From the NCBI RefSeq assembly GCF_006345805.1, contig NC_043014.1:32302001-32366000 (forward strand): DNA of 64,000 nt, read 5' to 3'. The notes beneath the pieces were generated by a model. The model saw only the letters and a program-made list of their open reading frames with translations. It had not been told where the DNA came from and made no database searches. Both the position numbers and the translations under genes were made by a program. The DNA comes from Octopus sinensis. Lineage: Eukaryota. Numbering within the stretch: the first letter of the stretch is position 1; each line of letters begins with the position of its first letter. Positions 12,066 through 24,187 of this stretch are shown here, one piece after another.

Positions 12066-12348
12066 ACCACTTATGTTAATGAATCAAGTGTGTTTTGAAC
12101 ACACATTCATTTGAAAGGAGAAGTCATTCTCCAATGACAAAATACAATCACAATTAGCATATTCAAATTCAAATCTGCTGGAACAGATTAAGAATGAACA
12201 TGTAAGTCTTCGTTTTGATTTCTGTTGTTCACAGTGCACATATTGATTCATCGGTAAGAAGATATCAGCATGCATCATCTACTAATTTGTTTGCTAAAGT
12301 TATTAATAAGAGCTCCTTACTTGTGTTAGATTCATTAGTCTAGGGTAG

Positions 12349-12396
12349 CTTTGGCTGAGGAGACACAATGATGTCAAAACAGCAGGTGTTCCAAGG
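12349..12396 (+). ncRNA. Type I hammerhead ribozyme, decayed paralogue
   Basis: ctttgg-CUGAGGA-gaca(caauga)uguc-AAAA-cagcaggug-UU|ccaagg. Stems I and II are intact, but GAAA is AAAA and GUC is GUU. Confidence 0.7.
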
Positions 12397-12768
12397 TCCC
12401 TGTACACTAATGAGTTCAGTGCATTATGAATACACATTCATGTGAAAGGAGAAGTTATTTTTCCAAAGATGTACGATAACAATCAGCATTTGAATCTGAT
12501 GGAACATATTAAGGAGGAATATGTAAGTCACCATTTTGGTTCTCACTGCTCACTGCACGTATGATGATTTATAATCAGGTGAAGAATAATTCTTTAGCAA
12601 TTGCAAAACAAAATTATTACTAACTACTGAATGGTAAATATAGAGTGAATGCTTAAACTCACTGATTGCCTATTAATTTTCATCATAAAATATGAAATTC
12701 AATATTGGAAAATAAAGCTGAAAATATATAAAGGATAGGGTAACTTCATTCTTTTCTAAATGTAACAT

Positions 12769-12853
12769 CTTACTAAAATTGTAGATATTTCATTTGCTTC
12801 AAATGAAATTAATATTTTACTAAAATTGTAGATATTTCATTTGCTTCAAATAA
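12769..12853. repeat. Short direct duplication, ~47-bp period
   Basis: ttactaaaattgtagatatttcatttgcttcaaat occurs twice. Confidence 0.9.
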
Positions 12854-13274
12854 AATTGCAGATTACTCAAGAAATTTTGTAAGTAGTGTTCTATATAAAG
12901 AAAAAAATTATGCTTCAAATTATTCCATTTTTCTACACAGAACAAAGCCTTGATTTAAATTAGTTAAAACTTTCTGCTTCATACAAGCCTATAATTTCCT
13001 ACTCTAGTTGACTATTTATATTTATACATAACTTTTTTGTCTGCATATAGAAGTGTGTGTGTGTGTGTTGACATACCATTTTGTGTTGAGCACTTATGCA
13101 TAGTTGTACACATTTCAGTGTTTGTTCTGTGTGAACTTTGATGTTCGAATGCAGGGTTACAATGCACACAGGTACATACATATTATCGGTATAAGAAGGA
13201 AAGGGGTGTTTGTATATACACACACATACAAACATACACATATATACACACACATGCATACAGTCACTGAGCAT

Positions 13275-13612
13275 TTCATCATCATCATCATTGTTCAACC
13301 GTGGTCGAGACAATGGAATTTACCATTCTACACCAGACTTCACGGTCCATCATAGCATTACGGAGGTCCTGTTGCTGGATGCCTGTATCCCTGGAGATTA
13401 CATCAGGGTAGGAGAGTGTGCGCCCTCTGGTATTGTGAGTAGATGGCTTCCAGAGGAGAAGAGTAGAAATTGCCTCTTTTTCAGCTCTACAACAATGTCC
13501 AGCAAACTGGACTCTCCCACCTTTCACAAGAGATGACACGTGGTAGTTTCCCATATATTTGCATTTTGGTTGGATGACGCTTCCACAAGAGATTTTGAGC
13601 ATTTAGCTCAAT
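13275..13612 (-). mobile_element. RTEX/RTE-group LINE ORF2 C-terminus with (GAT)n tail
   Basis: ORF 13288..13602: RVQFAGHCCRAEKEAISTLLLWKP..RGRTLSYPDVISRDTG..DLRNAMMDREVW; the tail directly follows the stop. Confidence 0.85.
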
Positions 13613-13655
13613 ACTCTAATCACTTAAAGTTTCTCATAACACACTAATGTAAATA

Positions 13656-13686
<31 letters not shown>

Positions 13687-14184
13687 TTACTCCTGCTGCT
13701 GTTACTGCTGCTGCTGCTGCTGCTGTCATGAATAATTAACTACCACCATCTTCTCTACCATTATTAATACTTATTTTCATTATAGGAACTTCTACATGGT
13801 AACCAAACTTGCTAGAAATGTCTCTCTAATCATGTCTTGCAACTTCATAAGGAACACATTTTATAACGTAGTCCAAGGTAAACAACACCTGCATGAAAGA
13901 TGGGATTAGCATAGTCTGAGTGCCTTTGATGATAAGTCTGTACTTTCAGAATTGAATAACAATCAACCTCTTCTACTACTCAATGGGGAAGACTCTAAGC
14001 AGTCATTCAACCAGCTAAAAATAACAGCCAAGTCTCTTTGAAGGAGACATTAGATAATGTGGTCTATAGTACGATATTTCTGTAGAAAAAACACCTAGTT
14101 AGGGATGGTTGCAGCTGGAATTGCCTTTGATTACATATCTACTGAAGCAAAAGTGACCTGGGGCTAAGCAACAGGAGCATCCTC

Positions 14185-14187
14185 TAT

Positions 14188-14233
<46 letters not shown>

Positions 14234-14365
14234 GTTGCTGCTGCTGTTACTACTATTGCTGATGCTGCTACTACTACTATTACTACAATGATGATGGAAG
14301 TGATGACAACTACTACTGCTGCTACTATCACTACAACGACGATGATGGTGACTACTACTACCACC
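14185..14365. repeat. (TAC/GCT/GAT)n compound microsatellite
   Basis: Direct. Confidence 0.92.
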
Positions 14366-14946
14366 ATGTTTTCTTTTATCTTTGATATAATCTCCAGACA
14401 GATGTCTGTTATTGGAGACAAAAGACCAAAGGAGACAGCCACCCACCCCTCTTGCTCTTATTCTTTCTTTCTTTCTCTCTCTCTCTCTCTCTCTCTCTGA
14501 TACACACACACCCAGCCACACACCCTCAATCTTCTCTCAGGTGTCTACACCTCCACCACTACCCCACCGCCATTAATAGCACCTCCTTAGTGCATTGAAG
14601 GGTGGTAATGGTGGCGACGGTGATGGTGGTGGTGGTGGCTACACTTGACTAACCCAACCAAGCCCTCATTATCACAACTGCCCTAACACTGCCATCAGTA
14701 CTACCACTATCACCATAAAAGTGACAGCTGGTATATGGAGGGTTGTTGTTGTTGTTGTTGTTGTTTTAGCCCCTAGGTCATCCAGTTGAGCAGAACCTGT
14801 GCTCAGATGCAATCCAGCTGTGACTAGACCAAACTTTTTCTTGGGTGCAAACCACATCATTCATCATATCTTTGTTTTAAAGTAGCAAGATGTGATTTGA
14901 GGGAAATTTGGCTGCTATTTTAGATGAATTGAATAACCATTTAAAA

Positions 14947-15287
14947 CCACTGGTTCTCAACCATTTTTAAACCTATAGATCCCTTTGGTTACCATTTTAC
15001 TCAGACAGACCCTCATAGCCATGTGATGTTCATTGTAGTTTTATAATTAAATATTATTAGGAATTACTCTTTTACTCTTTTACTTGTTTCAGTCATTTGA
15101 CTGTGGCCATGCTGGAGCACTGCTTTTAGTCGATCAAATTGAACCCAAGACTTATTCCTTGGAAGCCTAGTACTTATTCTATTGGTCTCTTTCACCGAAC
15201 CACTAAGTTACGGGGACGTAAACACACAAACATCAGTTGTCAAGCGATGTTGGGGGGATAAACACAGCCACACAAACACATACACAC

Positions 15288-15366
<79 letters not shown>

Positions 15367-15646
15367 TACGACAGGCTTCTTTCAGTTTCCGTCTACCAAA
15401 TCCACTCACAAGGCTTTAGTCGGTCCGAGGCTATAGGTGAAGACACTTGCCCAAAGTACCACACAGTGGGAATGAACCCAGAACTATGTGGTTGGTAAGC
15501 AAGCTACTTACCACACAGTCACTCCTGCGCCTATATTGTTTAAAGAAATTAAAATATTTTTTGTGTATTGTAGAAGTATAACCAATTTAACAAGAAAATC
15601 TTATATAGACCCCCACCCACCCACAGTCTCCAGTTTAGAACCACTG
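14947..15646. mobile_element. hAT (Charlie-like) MITE split by a SINE A insertion
   Basis: TIR-like cactggttctcaac (14948) and gtttagaaccactg (ends 15646); flanks atttaaaa/atttaaag resemble an 8-bp TSD; the internal sequence matches 38610-39280. Confidence 0.7.
15065..15532 (-). mobile_element. SINE family A, full length with expanded internal (CATA)/(TA)n
   Basis: Homologous to 6664-7073. Confidence 0.93.
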
Positions 15647-15759
15647 ATTTAAAGCTACCCACTACCACCTGGTTGGTTTAGGAGAGAGTGAGAAAGCAAT
15701 GTGTAGGTAACTGTACTTTTGTAGGCATGTATCACACACGCACATACATAAATATATCA

Positions 15760-15878
15760 TGCTTGTTGTTGTCGTCGTCATCATCATCATCATTATCACC
15801 ATCATCATCATCATCATCATCATCATCACCACCACCACCACTACCACCACCACCACCACCACCACCACCACCACCACC

Positions 15879-15912
<34 letters not shown>

Positions 15913-15925
15913 TCATCATTATCAT
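15760..15925. repeat. (CAT)/(CAC)n microsatellite forming the tail of the adjacent RTE
   Basis: Direct. Confidence 0.93.
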
Positions 15926-16382
15926 AATTTAACATCTGTTTTCCATGCCAGCATGGGTTGGATGTTTTGACAGGAGCTAACCATCTGAAGAGCTGTCCAG
16001 GCTCCATATCTGTTTTGGCATGGTTTTCTGCAGCTGGATGCCCATCCTGACAGCAACCACTTTACAGTATGTACAGGGTGTTTTTATGCAGCACTGGCAC
16101 AGGTGCATCTACGTGACACCACTACAGGTACTTTTTATGTGACATGAGCATCCATGAACCTGCAAGATTAGGAATGCTCAGCTGGAGAGTAATGGAGGGG
16201 ACAGCCTATCTGCAACAACAACCACTCTTTCCCTTAGCTTGATGTGTATTTTCAAGCACAGCAAACTGCCAGGAGTCTCGGTCCCCTATCATCCTTTCGA
16301 TGAGTCCCAACGTCTGTAGATCCTCTGTCACCACTTCATATCATGTTCTCCTTGGTCTACCTCTTCAACATGCTCCCTCTAC
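15905..16382 (-). mobile_element. RTE LINE 3' end (ORF2 C-terminus plus 3' UTR)
   Basis: Minus strand reads approximately GRPRRT*YEVVTEDLQTLGLIERMIGDRDSWQFAVLENTH (decayed); homologous to 45170-45778. Confidence 0.8.
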
Positions 16383-16384
16383 AT

Positions 16385-16720
16385 ATACATAGGTTGGACA
16401 AAATAATGGAAACACCTAGCATCACAGCATCATAAATTTGAAATATCTATAAAACCATCAAAAGCTTGTTTATTTGAATGTTTTTTTATTTATTATTAGT
16501 GTTGCTTAATATGTTTTGCTGAAATTGCTGTTTCTTTTCAGATATCATCAGAAAAAGGTAATTAAAATCCATTAAAATGACAGATCTACCATGTGGTTAG
16601 GCACTAGCTTAACAAAGACAGCTGAAATGTTTGGTGTATCAAGAAGTACTGTCATAGTCGAAAAAAAATCACTGACTGCAAGAGATTACATATTTTGCAT
16701 CAACTTGCAGTATCCATAAA
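16385..16720 (+). mobile_element. Tc1-type DNA transposon 5' end, internally deleted
   Basis: TA followed by ..ggttggacaaaataatggaaacacc (Tc1-like TIR); downstream SLTKTAEMFGVSRSTV resembles the Tc1 HTH. Confidence 0.6.
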
Positions 16721-17199
16721 CAGGAAGAATAAACTATTTCATTGTTACCATCAGAGGTACACTCTGTTAATGAACTTCAAACCACTGGCAGCTAACAACT
16801 CAAATATAACATTTTAGGGCTGACTGCTCTATAATCAAGGGCACAATACTTGACACCTGCTGCCTGTATAGACTACAGCCCCATCCATGCTTCACCAAAT
16901 TTTAATCCAACCCCACCAAATCTGGATACTCCCACAGATACACTGTTGCTGGCACCAGCAATGTGGGTTTCAGCTGATCTGGCTTGTCAAATTAATGGTA
17001 ACGTAAACAAAGTGGTAATTCTTACCATGCACTGGTAAATTCACTGGGTAGAGGTTTGCTTGTGGTAGACAGGTTAGTTTCGTTGGGTAATTAGGGTGAA
17101 GTGAGTATTATTTAGGTGCAGGTTTCCTAGTTTAATTAAGCACATTTTTCTGCATGTGTGTATTCTGTTTTACAATTAGTAACACCATTGTATCTACAC

Positions 17200-17358
17200 A
17201 TATACAATGGTCTTCTTTCAGTTTCTGTCTACCAAATCCACTCACAAGGCTTTGGTCAATCTGAGACTATCTACCCAAGGTGCCACACTGTGGGACTGAA
17301 CCCAAAACCATGTGGTTAGGAAGCAAACTTGCTACCACACAACCATGCACCTGTGCCT
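17200..17358 (-). mobile_element. SINE family A, 5' half
   Basis: Head and CORE-like centre only. Confidence 0.85.
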
Positions 17359-17724
17359 ATTTGTATGATTCAAAAGTATGGTCTGTTGCATGTTTGTCAA
17401 AGCATGTTCCAATTAAAACTGTTTTTTTTTAAATATAAAATACTATCAGCTGATATATTCTGTCCTCTTGCAATTAATTGTTCATTATGTTTTTCTAGAA
17501 AATGAACTTTAAGCATATAAAAGAAAGCAACGTCCAGCCTTTCATGCCTATGGATGGTGTTTCTGTTATTGTCCTGACTTCCCTGCTATAGAATGGATCT
17601 GTTTGAATGGAAGCTTTGAAAAATAGCCTTTTAATTCTCTCTTTGATTATACAGTTCTAAATAGAATAAAGTCTGCATGCTACAAACTATGCTAATTGAC
17701 ATCTTTGTCACGAAATACACCACA

Positions 17725-18075
17725 GACATACATGTGTGTTTGTGTGTGTGTGTGTGTGTGCATATGTGTATATATCTGTGTGTGTATGGGTGTGTGTGAA
17801 TATATACATATATATGTTTATATGTATGTTTGCATGTATGTATGTATAATATGTGTGTGTGTGTGTGTGTGTATATGAATATATATGAATATATATGTAT
17901 ATATATATTTATGTATATATATTGTACATTTCTACATCCACACACACAGACACACAAAGATAAAGATATATATGCAAAGGAAAGATTGTGTGTTTGCTTG
18001 TGTATGTGTGTGTGTGTGTGTGTGCATCTGTGTGTGTGTCTGTGTGTGTGTGTGTGTACTTGTATGAGCTTATGC
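17725..18075. repeat. (TG)/(TA)n compound microsatellite
   Basis: Direct. Confidence 0.95.
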
Positions 18076-18479
18076 ATGTTTAAGTGCATAATTGATTTTT
18101 TTCCACTCGTGTGAGCTCACAGTTCAGTAGTATGTTTGGGGGATGTGACATGCTCCATTGAGTCCAGCTGTTTGGTGAATCCTTCACCTAGACAAGGTTA
18201 TATTACAACACCTTATGACACAAAAACAATCCCTGCCACACCACTTCCACTACCCCTCACATACATACACACACACACACACACACAGCTGCACCCTGTT
18301 AACCTTTCCATTGATATATCAACATCTAACCACTGTTTAGTTTTATGTGTATTGGTTTCTTGAAAGTTTTGAGAAGACCTAAAAATATCCTAACCACAAT
18401 AATTTCATGATAAAATATTATATAACACTCACTTCAGGTGGGTTTATAGTAACAGAAGTGACATACCAGTAGGTTTTAG

Positions 18480-18795
18480 CAAGCAGATGTACCAGCACCA
18501 TATAAAAGGCACCATGCTGGTGCCATGTAAACAGCACCTGTACCAAGCCATCTAAAAAACACCTGTACTGGGTCATGCAAAATACACCTGTGCCAGAGAC
18601 ATGTAAAATGTATCTGTGCCAGTGTTTCAAAAACAAACACCCAGTTGGAAGGGTATCCAGCCATAGAAATCAAGCCAAATCAGACTGGAACCTGGTGCAG
18701 CTCTCCAGATTGCCAGCTCTGGTCAAAACCTTCCAACCCATACCACCATGGAAAACAGATGTCAAACAATGATGGTGATGATGATGATGATGATA
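18480..18795 (+). mobile_element. RTE 3' UTR with several degenerate ~26-bp units and (GAT)n tail
   Basis: Same tail as 45500-45778. Confidence 0.78.
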
Positions 18796-19239
18796 ATAAC
18801 AGTGTTCTTTACCTTGTTGTATGACACAAGGCCCAGGTACCTGGTTTAAGACCCTACACAGATTTCTGAAATAGTACAGGTGCTTTCAAAAAATAGATGA
18901 GACCTGCAGTAGTGCTTTTCACACTGACAAATATTGGGCCATTTCAAATGTATTAAGGATGATTTTTTTCCCACTCTTTTTATTTATGAGAAAACAAAGT
19001 TAAGTTTGCATTCACATAGTTCATCTTTACTCACCTCTGTGTTGGACAAGTTTAAGATTTCTAAAAGTTTTAAAGCCATTGTAATTTCATTAAACAGGGC
19101 AATTTTCCTTTGGCAGTGAAAAATCCAAAGTTTCAGACAGAATTCTTCTTCAGGGAAAAACTGACAGAAGTGAAATTAAAGAAAGGCTGCAAAGTTTTAT
19201 ATCCTCTAAGTTTGAAAACTCTGTGACAACCAGTTTATC

Positions 19240-19287
19240 TTAGATGTCTCTGTCTATCTGTCTGCCTCTCTGTCTGTCTGTCTGTCA

Positions 19288-19367
<80 letters not shown>

Positions 19368-19590
19368 GTCTGCCTGTCTCTGTCTGCCTGTCTCTGTCTG
19401 CCTGTCTCTGTCTGACTTTGTCTCTGTCTCTGTTCCTGTCTTTGTCTATCTGTCTGTTTGTCTGTCCATCTGTCTGTTTGTCTGTCTGTCTGTCTGACTG
19501 TCTGTCTGTCTGTCTGTCTGTCAGTCTGTCAGTCTGTCTCTTTCTCTCTCTCCCCCTCTCTCTCTATCTCTCTCCCTCTCTCCTCTTCCT
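19240..19590. repeat. (TCTA)/(TGTC)/(CT)n compound microsatellite
   Basis: Direct. Confidence 0.95.
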
Positions 19591-19669
19591 CTCTCCCTTT
19601 AATTTCACTCCTGTAAACTTTTCCTTGGAGAAGGGACAAAAAAACATTTGAATCATAATCTTGCTTAAC

Positions 19670-20347
19670 TGGTGCTGATTTCATTGACCCTGACAGGATG
19701 AAAGGCAAAGTCGGAATATGAACACAGAATTTTTAGGGGAGGGTTAAGTTGATTACATTGATCCCAATGATCAATTGGTACTTATTTTATTGACCCCAAA
19801 GGGATCAAAGCTAAAGTTGATCTTGGCAGAATTTGAACTTAGAAAGTAAAGATAGACAAAATTCTGCTAAGCATTTTGCCTGGCATGTTAATTCTTTTCT
19901 AGCCTAGGAACAAGGCCTGGAATTTTGGAGGAGGGGGCCAGTTTATTAGATCGATCCCAATACAGAACTGGTACTCAATTTATTGACCCCAGAACAATGA
20001 AAGGCAAAGTCGATCTTGGTGGAATTTGAACTCAGAACATAAAGACAGACGAAATACCGCTAAGCATTTTGCCCGGCATGCTAATGTTTCTGTCAGCTTG
20101 CCGCCATTCATTCATAATAATAATGATAATAATCCTTTCTTCTATAGGCACAAGTCCTGAAATTTGGAGAGAGGGGACAAGTCAATTACATTCACCCCAG
20201 TGTTTCACTGGTACTTAATTTATTGATCCCGAAAGGATGATATATAAAGTTGACTTTGACGGAATTTGAACTCAGAACATAGCAACAAGAAAAATACCTC
20301 TAAGCATTTCATCTGGAGTGCTAATGATTCTGCCAGCTTGCCACTTT
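19670..20347 (-). mobile_element. Head-to-tail cluster of three SINE B copies plus one fragment
   Basis: ggcagaatttgaactcagaa..gctaagcattttgcc recurs at ~19825, ~20020 and ~20260; a partial copy lies at 19670-19725. Confidence 0.88.
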
Positions 20348-20964
20348 TCATTTATGATAATAATGATAATAATAATAATTATTATCAACAAAGCAGTTAG
20401 AAAAATATTTGGGGTGGATGACAGAAAAATAAATAACAATAATTGTGAAGGTAAATATAAGGATGAGAATAAAATAAAAATAAAAATAAAGTATATATGA
20501 ATCATTTTTATATTTTGTTTCATTATTTCTATATTTATTTATATCTTGCTTTATTTTATTTTTATTTGTATTTTATACATTTTTATTCTAATTCCCATTT
20601 TCATATTTACTTTTATCATCATTGCTTTTCATGTTCCCCCATCTGCTCCTATCACAAACCCCTATCACCTAATCTTCACAATATGTTCCCAATCTTTTCT
20701 TAATTAATATAATAAGGATTATAATAATGATGATAATTTTATGATAATAATTATTACATCTTCGATATTTTTTAATTTCTTAATTACATAATTCTTTAAT
20801 TCTTAATCATTAATTCAAATTTTGCAATGTTAATTATTATGTTAGATTTATCACCAAAAGTTCAAATTTTCAAACCTGCACCATATGAATAGACAATTTT
20901 AGATGGACCGAGATGTGCTTTATAGATAGATATATATGTAGCCATAGAAATACACAGAGAAGTC

Positions 20965-21238
20965 AATAGGCTGTGTGGTAAGAAGCTTGCTTCCCAACCA
21001 CATGGTTCTGTGTTCAGTCCTACTGTGTGGTACTTTGGGCAAATGTCTTCTACTACAGCCCCAGGCCAACCAAAGTCTTGTGTGTGGATTTGGTAGATGG
21101 AAACTGAAAGAAGCCCATTGTATATATATGTGTGTGTGTGCGTGTGTGTATGTGTGTGTGTGTGTGTCTTTCTGACTTTGTTTGTGGCCCCACCCCTACT
21201 TGACAACTGGTGCTGGAGTGTTTACATCCCCGTAACTT
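20965..21238 (+). mobile_element. SINE family A, 3'-truncated
   Basis: Head, CORE-like centre, (TG)n and start of tail A. Confidence 0.88.
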
Positions 21239-21420
21239 AATTCCTTCTTTTATTGGTTATGATGTTTTTACAGGGCAAATTGTTAGATTTAGTACTATTA
21301 TTAATAATGCTAATAAATTTTTGTATAGAATAAATAAACTGTTAAGACATTTAATAAAACAAGGGTATAAATATGGCAAATTGGTTAAACTTTTAATTGC
21401 TGTTTAGGTGGGAAACTTGA
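21238..21420 (+). mobile_element. Penelope-like (Naiad-type) RT thumb fragment
   Basis: ORF 21210..21407: LIPSFIGYDVFTGQIVRFSTIINNANKFLYRINKLLRHLIKQGYKYGKL, versus NIP..AYGVYISQL.RY.R.C..F..R...L..KL..QGY...L. Confidence 0.72.
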
Positions 21421-22036
21421 AATTTTAAATAAATATGCGGTAATATCAAGTCTTCAGCTTAGTAAATATTTGTATGGATTTGGAAGGATTATGATTTAAG
21501 TCATTTGCTTACTACGTCACCAATACTGAGACAATTGAGGAAGTAGTAATTATGCACTACGTCATCAATATTTAGTTAGCCTTTTAAATTCTTGGTGATG
21601 GAACCGCATGTCTGATTAAACATGTAATACTTGTAGTTTTCTTATCTTTTAAACAGTTTTAATTAGCTTTATATATAGCAAAGTTTATAATAAAAGTTAA
21701 TTACAAGTACTTTTATTAGTTCCTGTTTAATGAAATATAATGCTTATATTAGTTACTGGTAATTTAATATTATAGTTTGTAGTGGTGATATATTAACGAG
21801 TATGTAGTATTGTATTTTTAACTTTTGTATTTTGCTCATAAGAATATTAGTTAAATTATTTCAATTGTGTTTGTTTTGTTTTGAAGAGATTTATATAAAG
21901 CTTTAACTTTCATTATATTAGTATCTATAGAAGACTGGTGTGATTATTATTTGTATGGACTTAAAGATTGGTCACAATTTAGCATATAGTTTAGTTATTG
22001 CAGTTTACTATCAATACCACCAGATTGAATGGTACT

Positions 22037-22428
22037 GATGGATGGAAGCACTCCGTCGGTTACGATGACGAGGGTTCCGGTTGATCCGAATCAACGGAAC
22101 AGCCTGCTCGTGAAATTAACATGTAAGTGGCTGAGCACTCCACAGACACGTGTACCCTTAACGTAGTTCTCAGGGATATTCAGCGTGACACAGAGAGTGA
22201 CAAGGCCGGCCCTTTGAAATACAGGTACAAGAGAAACAGGAAGTAAGAGTGAGAGAAAGTTGTGGTGAAAGAATACAGCAGGGATCACCACCATCCCCTG
22301 CTGGAGCCTCGTGGAGCTTTAGGTGTTTTCGCTCAATAAACATTCACAACGCCCGGTCTGGGAATCGAAACCGCGATTCTATGACCGCGAGTCTGCTGCC
22401 CTAACCACTGGGCCATTGCGCCTCCACA
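22037..22428 (-). mobile_element. SINE family C with tail G; 9-bp TSD
   Basis: tRNA-like head on the minus strand; TSD aatggtact at 22028-22036 and 22429-22437. Confidence 0.92.
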
Positions 22429-22559
22429 AATGGTACTACCCAAGTGTTGAAACCATAATGATATCTGTGGGGCAGCTGATGATGGAAGTATGTTGGATTG
22501 TTGGTATAGCTGTGAAATAATATTATAGCACAGCCTTTTGATATATATATATATATATA

Positions 22560-22720
22560 TATACATGATGGATTTCTTTCAGATGCCATCTACAAAATCT
22601 AACCATAAGCCTTTAGTTGGCTATAGCAGAAGACACTTACCCAAGGTGCCACAGAGTGGGTCTGAACCCAGAACCATGTGGCTGAGAAGCAAGCTCCTTA
22701 CCACAGCCATGCCTGCACCT
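22560..22720 (-). mobile_element. SINE family A, 5' half
   Basis: Degenerate head and centre. Confidence 0.8.
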
Positions 22721-22825
22721 AAAAGTGGCCAGCCAACCTCTACAGGAAATCGTAGAATTCCATTAAAAATTATGAGGAAAACTACAGCTGTTTTATTAAT
22801 AGTAAAATAGAAAGAAATAATCAAA

Positions 22826-23232
22826 GTAGGTGTGGCTGCGTATTAAGAAACTTGCTTCTCAACCACATGGTTCTGGGTTCAGTCCCACTGTGTGGTACCT
22901 TGGGCAAGTGCCTTCTACTATAACTTTAAGCCAACCAATTTATTTTTAGTGGATTTGGTAGACAGAAACTGAAAGTGCCTATCAGGTGTGTGTGTTTGTG
23001 CTTTGCATCTATGTTTGTCTCTCACAACCACTTCATAACCAGTACAGGTGTGTTTATGTCCCTGTAACTTAGCAGTTCATCAAAAGAGGCTGATAGAATA
23101 AGCACCAGGTTAAAACAACAAAAAGAAATAAGTTCTGGGATTAATTCATTTGACTGAAAAAAACACTCTCCAAGGTAGTGCTCCAGCATGGCTGCAGTCT
23201 AATGACTGAAACAAGTTGAAGATAAAAGATAT
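22826..23232 (+). mobile_element. SINE family A, full length, older
   Basis: Head through the tgactgaaacaag tail. Confidence 0.88.
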
Positions 23233-23468
23233 AGATACACAACATGTAGCAAAAATTATGAAATTTACCAAGTCATAACTGTTGCTTAATTTTTTAATCT
23301 GACACTGATGATTTTTTTCAGTTATAACTGTATCCACATGATCCTTTGCAGCCAAAAGCAAAGTGAACAAACAACGTCATTATTGCCACAGATTAATTTT
23401 GAGGATGAAACCAGACAGTTGTTATAACCTCTAACTTCACTCACCTCTCTCTCTCTCTTTCTCTTTCT

Positions 23469-23593
<125 letters not shown>

Positions 23594-23624
23594 AGAGATA
23601 GATATATGTATATACAAGCAAAAC

Positions 23625-24182
23625 GCTGAATTGTCAAACATTTAAACCAAATTTTCTCTAAACAACTTGTCCGACCATCCCATAGGCCTCCCCTTTGGGA
23701 AACACAGATTTAACCTAAATTTGAGACACCAGCAAAAGAAGAAATAAAGATAGACTTTTTCCTATTCCAAAGAAAAGCGATTATATTTACACAAATATGC
23801 AACCGAAGAGTTTAAAGTACTAGTAATGATTAGGCTGTTGACTGGGAGAACACAAACATGGTTTAAACAGTAAGCTTGGCAGGAAAGAAACGTGCCTTTA
23901 AGCAGTACAAAAACAATAAAAAATGGAAGGTGCAGTTATGTACAGGCTGATGGAAGAAAAGCAGGGCAAAAACGATTTTTGCATTCTCACCTGGAATATA
24001 TTATTGTAACGATGATTGCATTCTCACCTGGAATATATTATTGTAATTTTTTCAAGACTTACACGTGCCCTGATACCATCAGTATCTATATATCAAATTT
24101 GAGCACAATCGGATGGAGAATGCCCGAGATCCGAGAAGACACACACACACAGACAGACAGAATGGATTTTATATAATAGATG
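23625..24182 (+). mobile_element. Possible non-autonomous Helitron/Helentron-related element
   Basis: Ends tcaaatttgagcacaatcggatg..gagatcc..(CA)n(GACA)n..ttttatataatagat, which resembles DINE-1/Lep1-like microsatellite-bearing elements as I recall them; internal 37-bp duplication at 23971-24044. Confidence 0.45.
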
Positions 24183-24187
24183 TATAT

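Larger units (their letters stand above)
11760..12600 (+). repeat. ~330-bp tandem array (about 2.5 units) carrying hammerhead ribozymes; retrozyme-like
   Basis: Anchors: acattcat at 11771/12103/12434, gtaagtc at 11870/12202/12523, HHR cores at 12026/12355 (329-bp spacing). Confidence 0.88.

Noticed and set aside
11820-12560. Tandemly duplicated exons or a C2H2-like peptide (NLLEQIKNEHVSLRFDFCCSQC) with conserved GTAAGT in each 330-bp unit
   Set aside because: There are stops in all frames, no matching acceptors and no correct C2H2 spacing; the hammerhead explains the repeat better.
17555-17592. Possible right TIR for the Tc1 fragment at 16385
   Set aside because: Only ggtgtttc..ttatt..gtcc matches; too degenerate to define the element end.
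19118-19160. Minus-strand CUGAAGA-aga..ucu-GAAA hammerhead-like core
   Set aside because: No NUH triplet or stem III, and stem I is at most 3 bp; compatible with chance.
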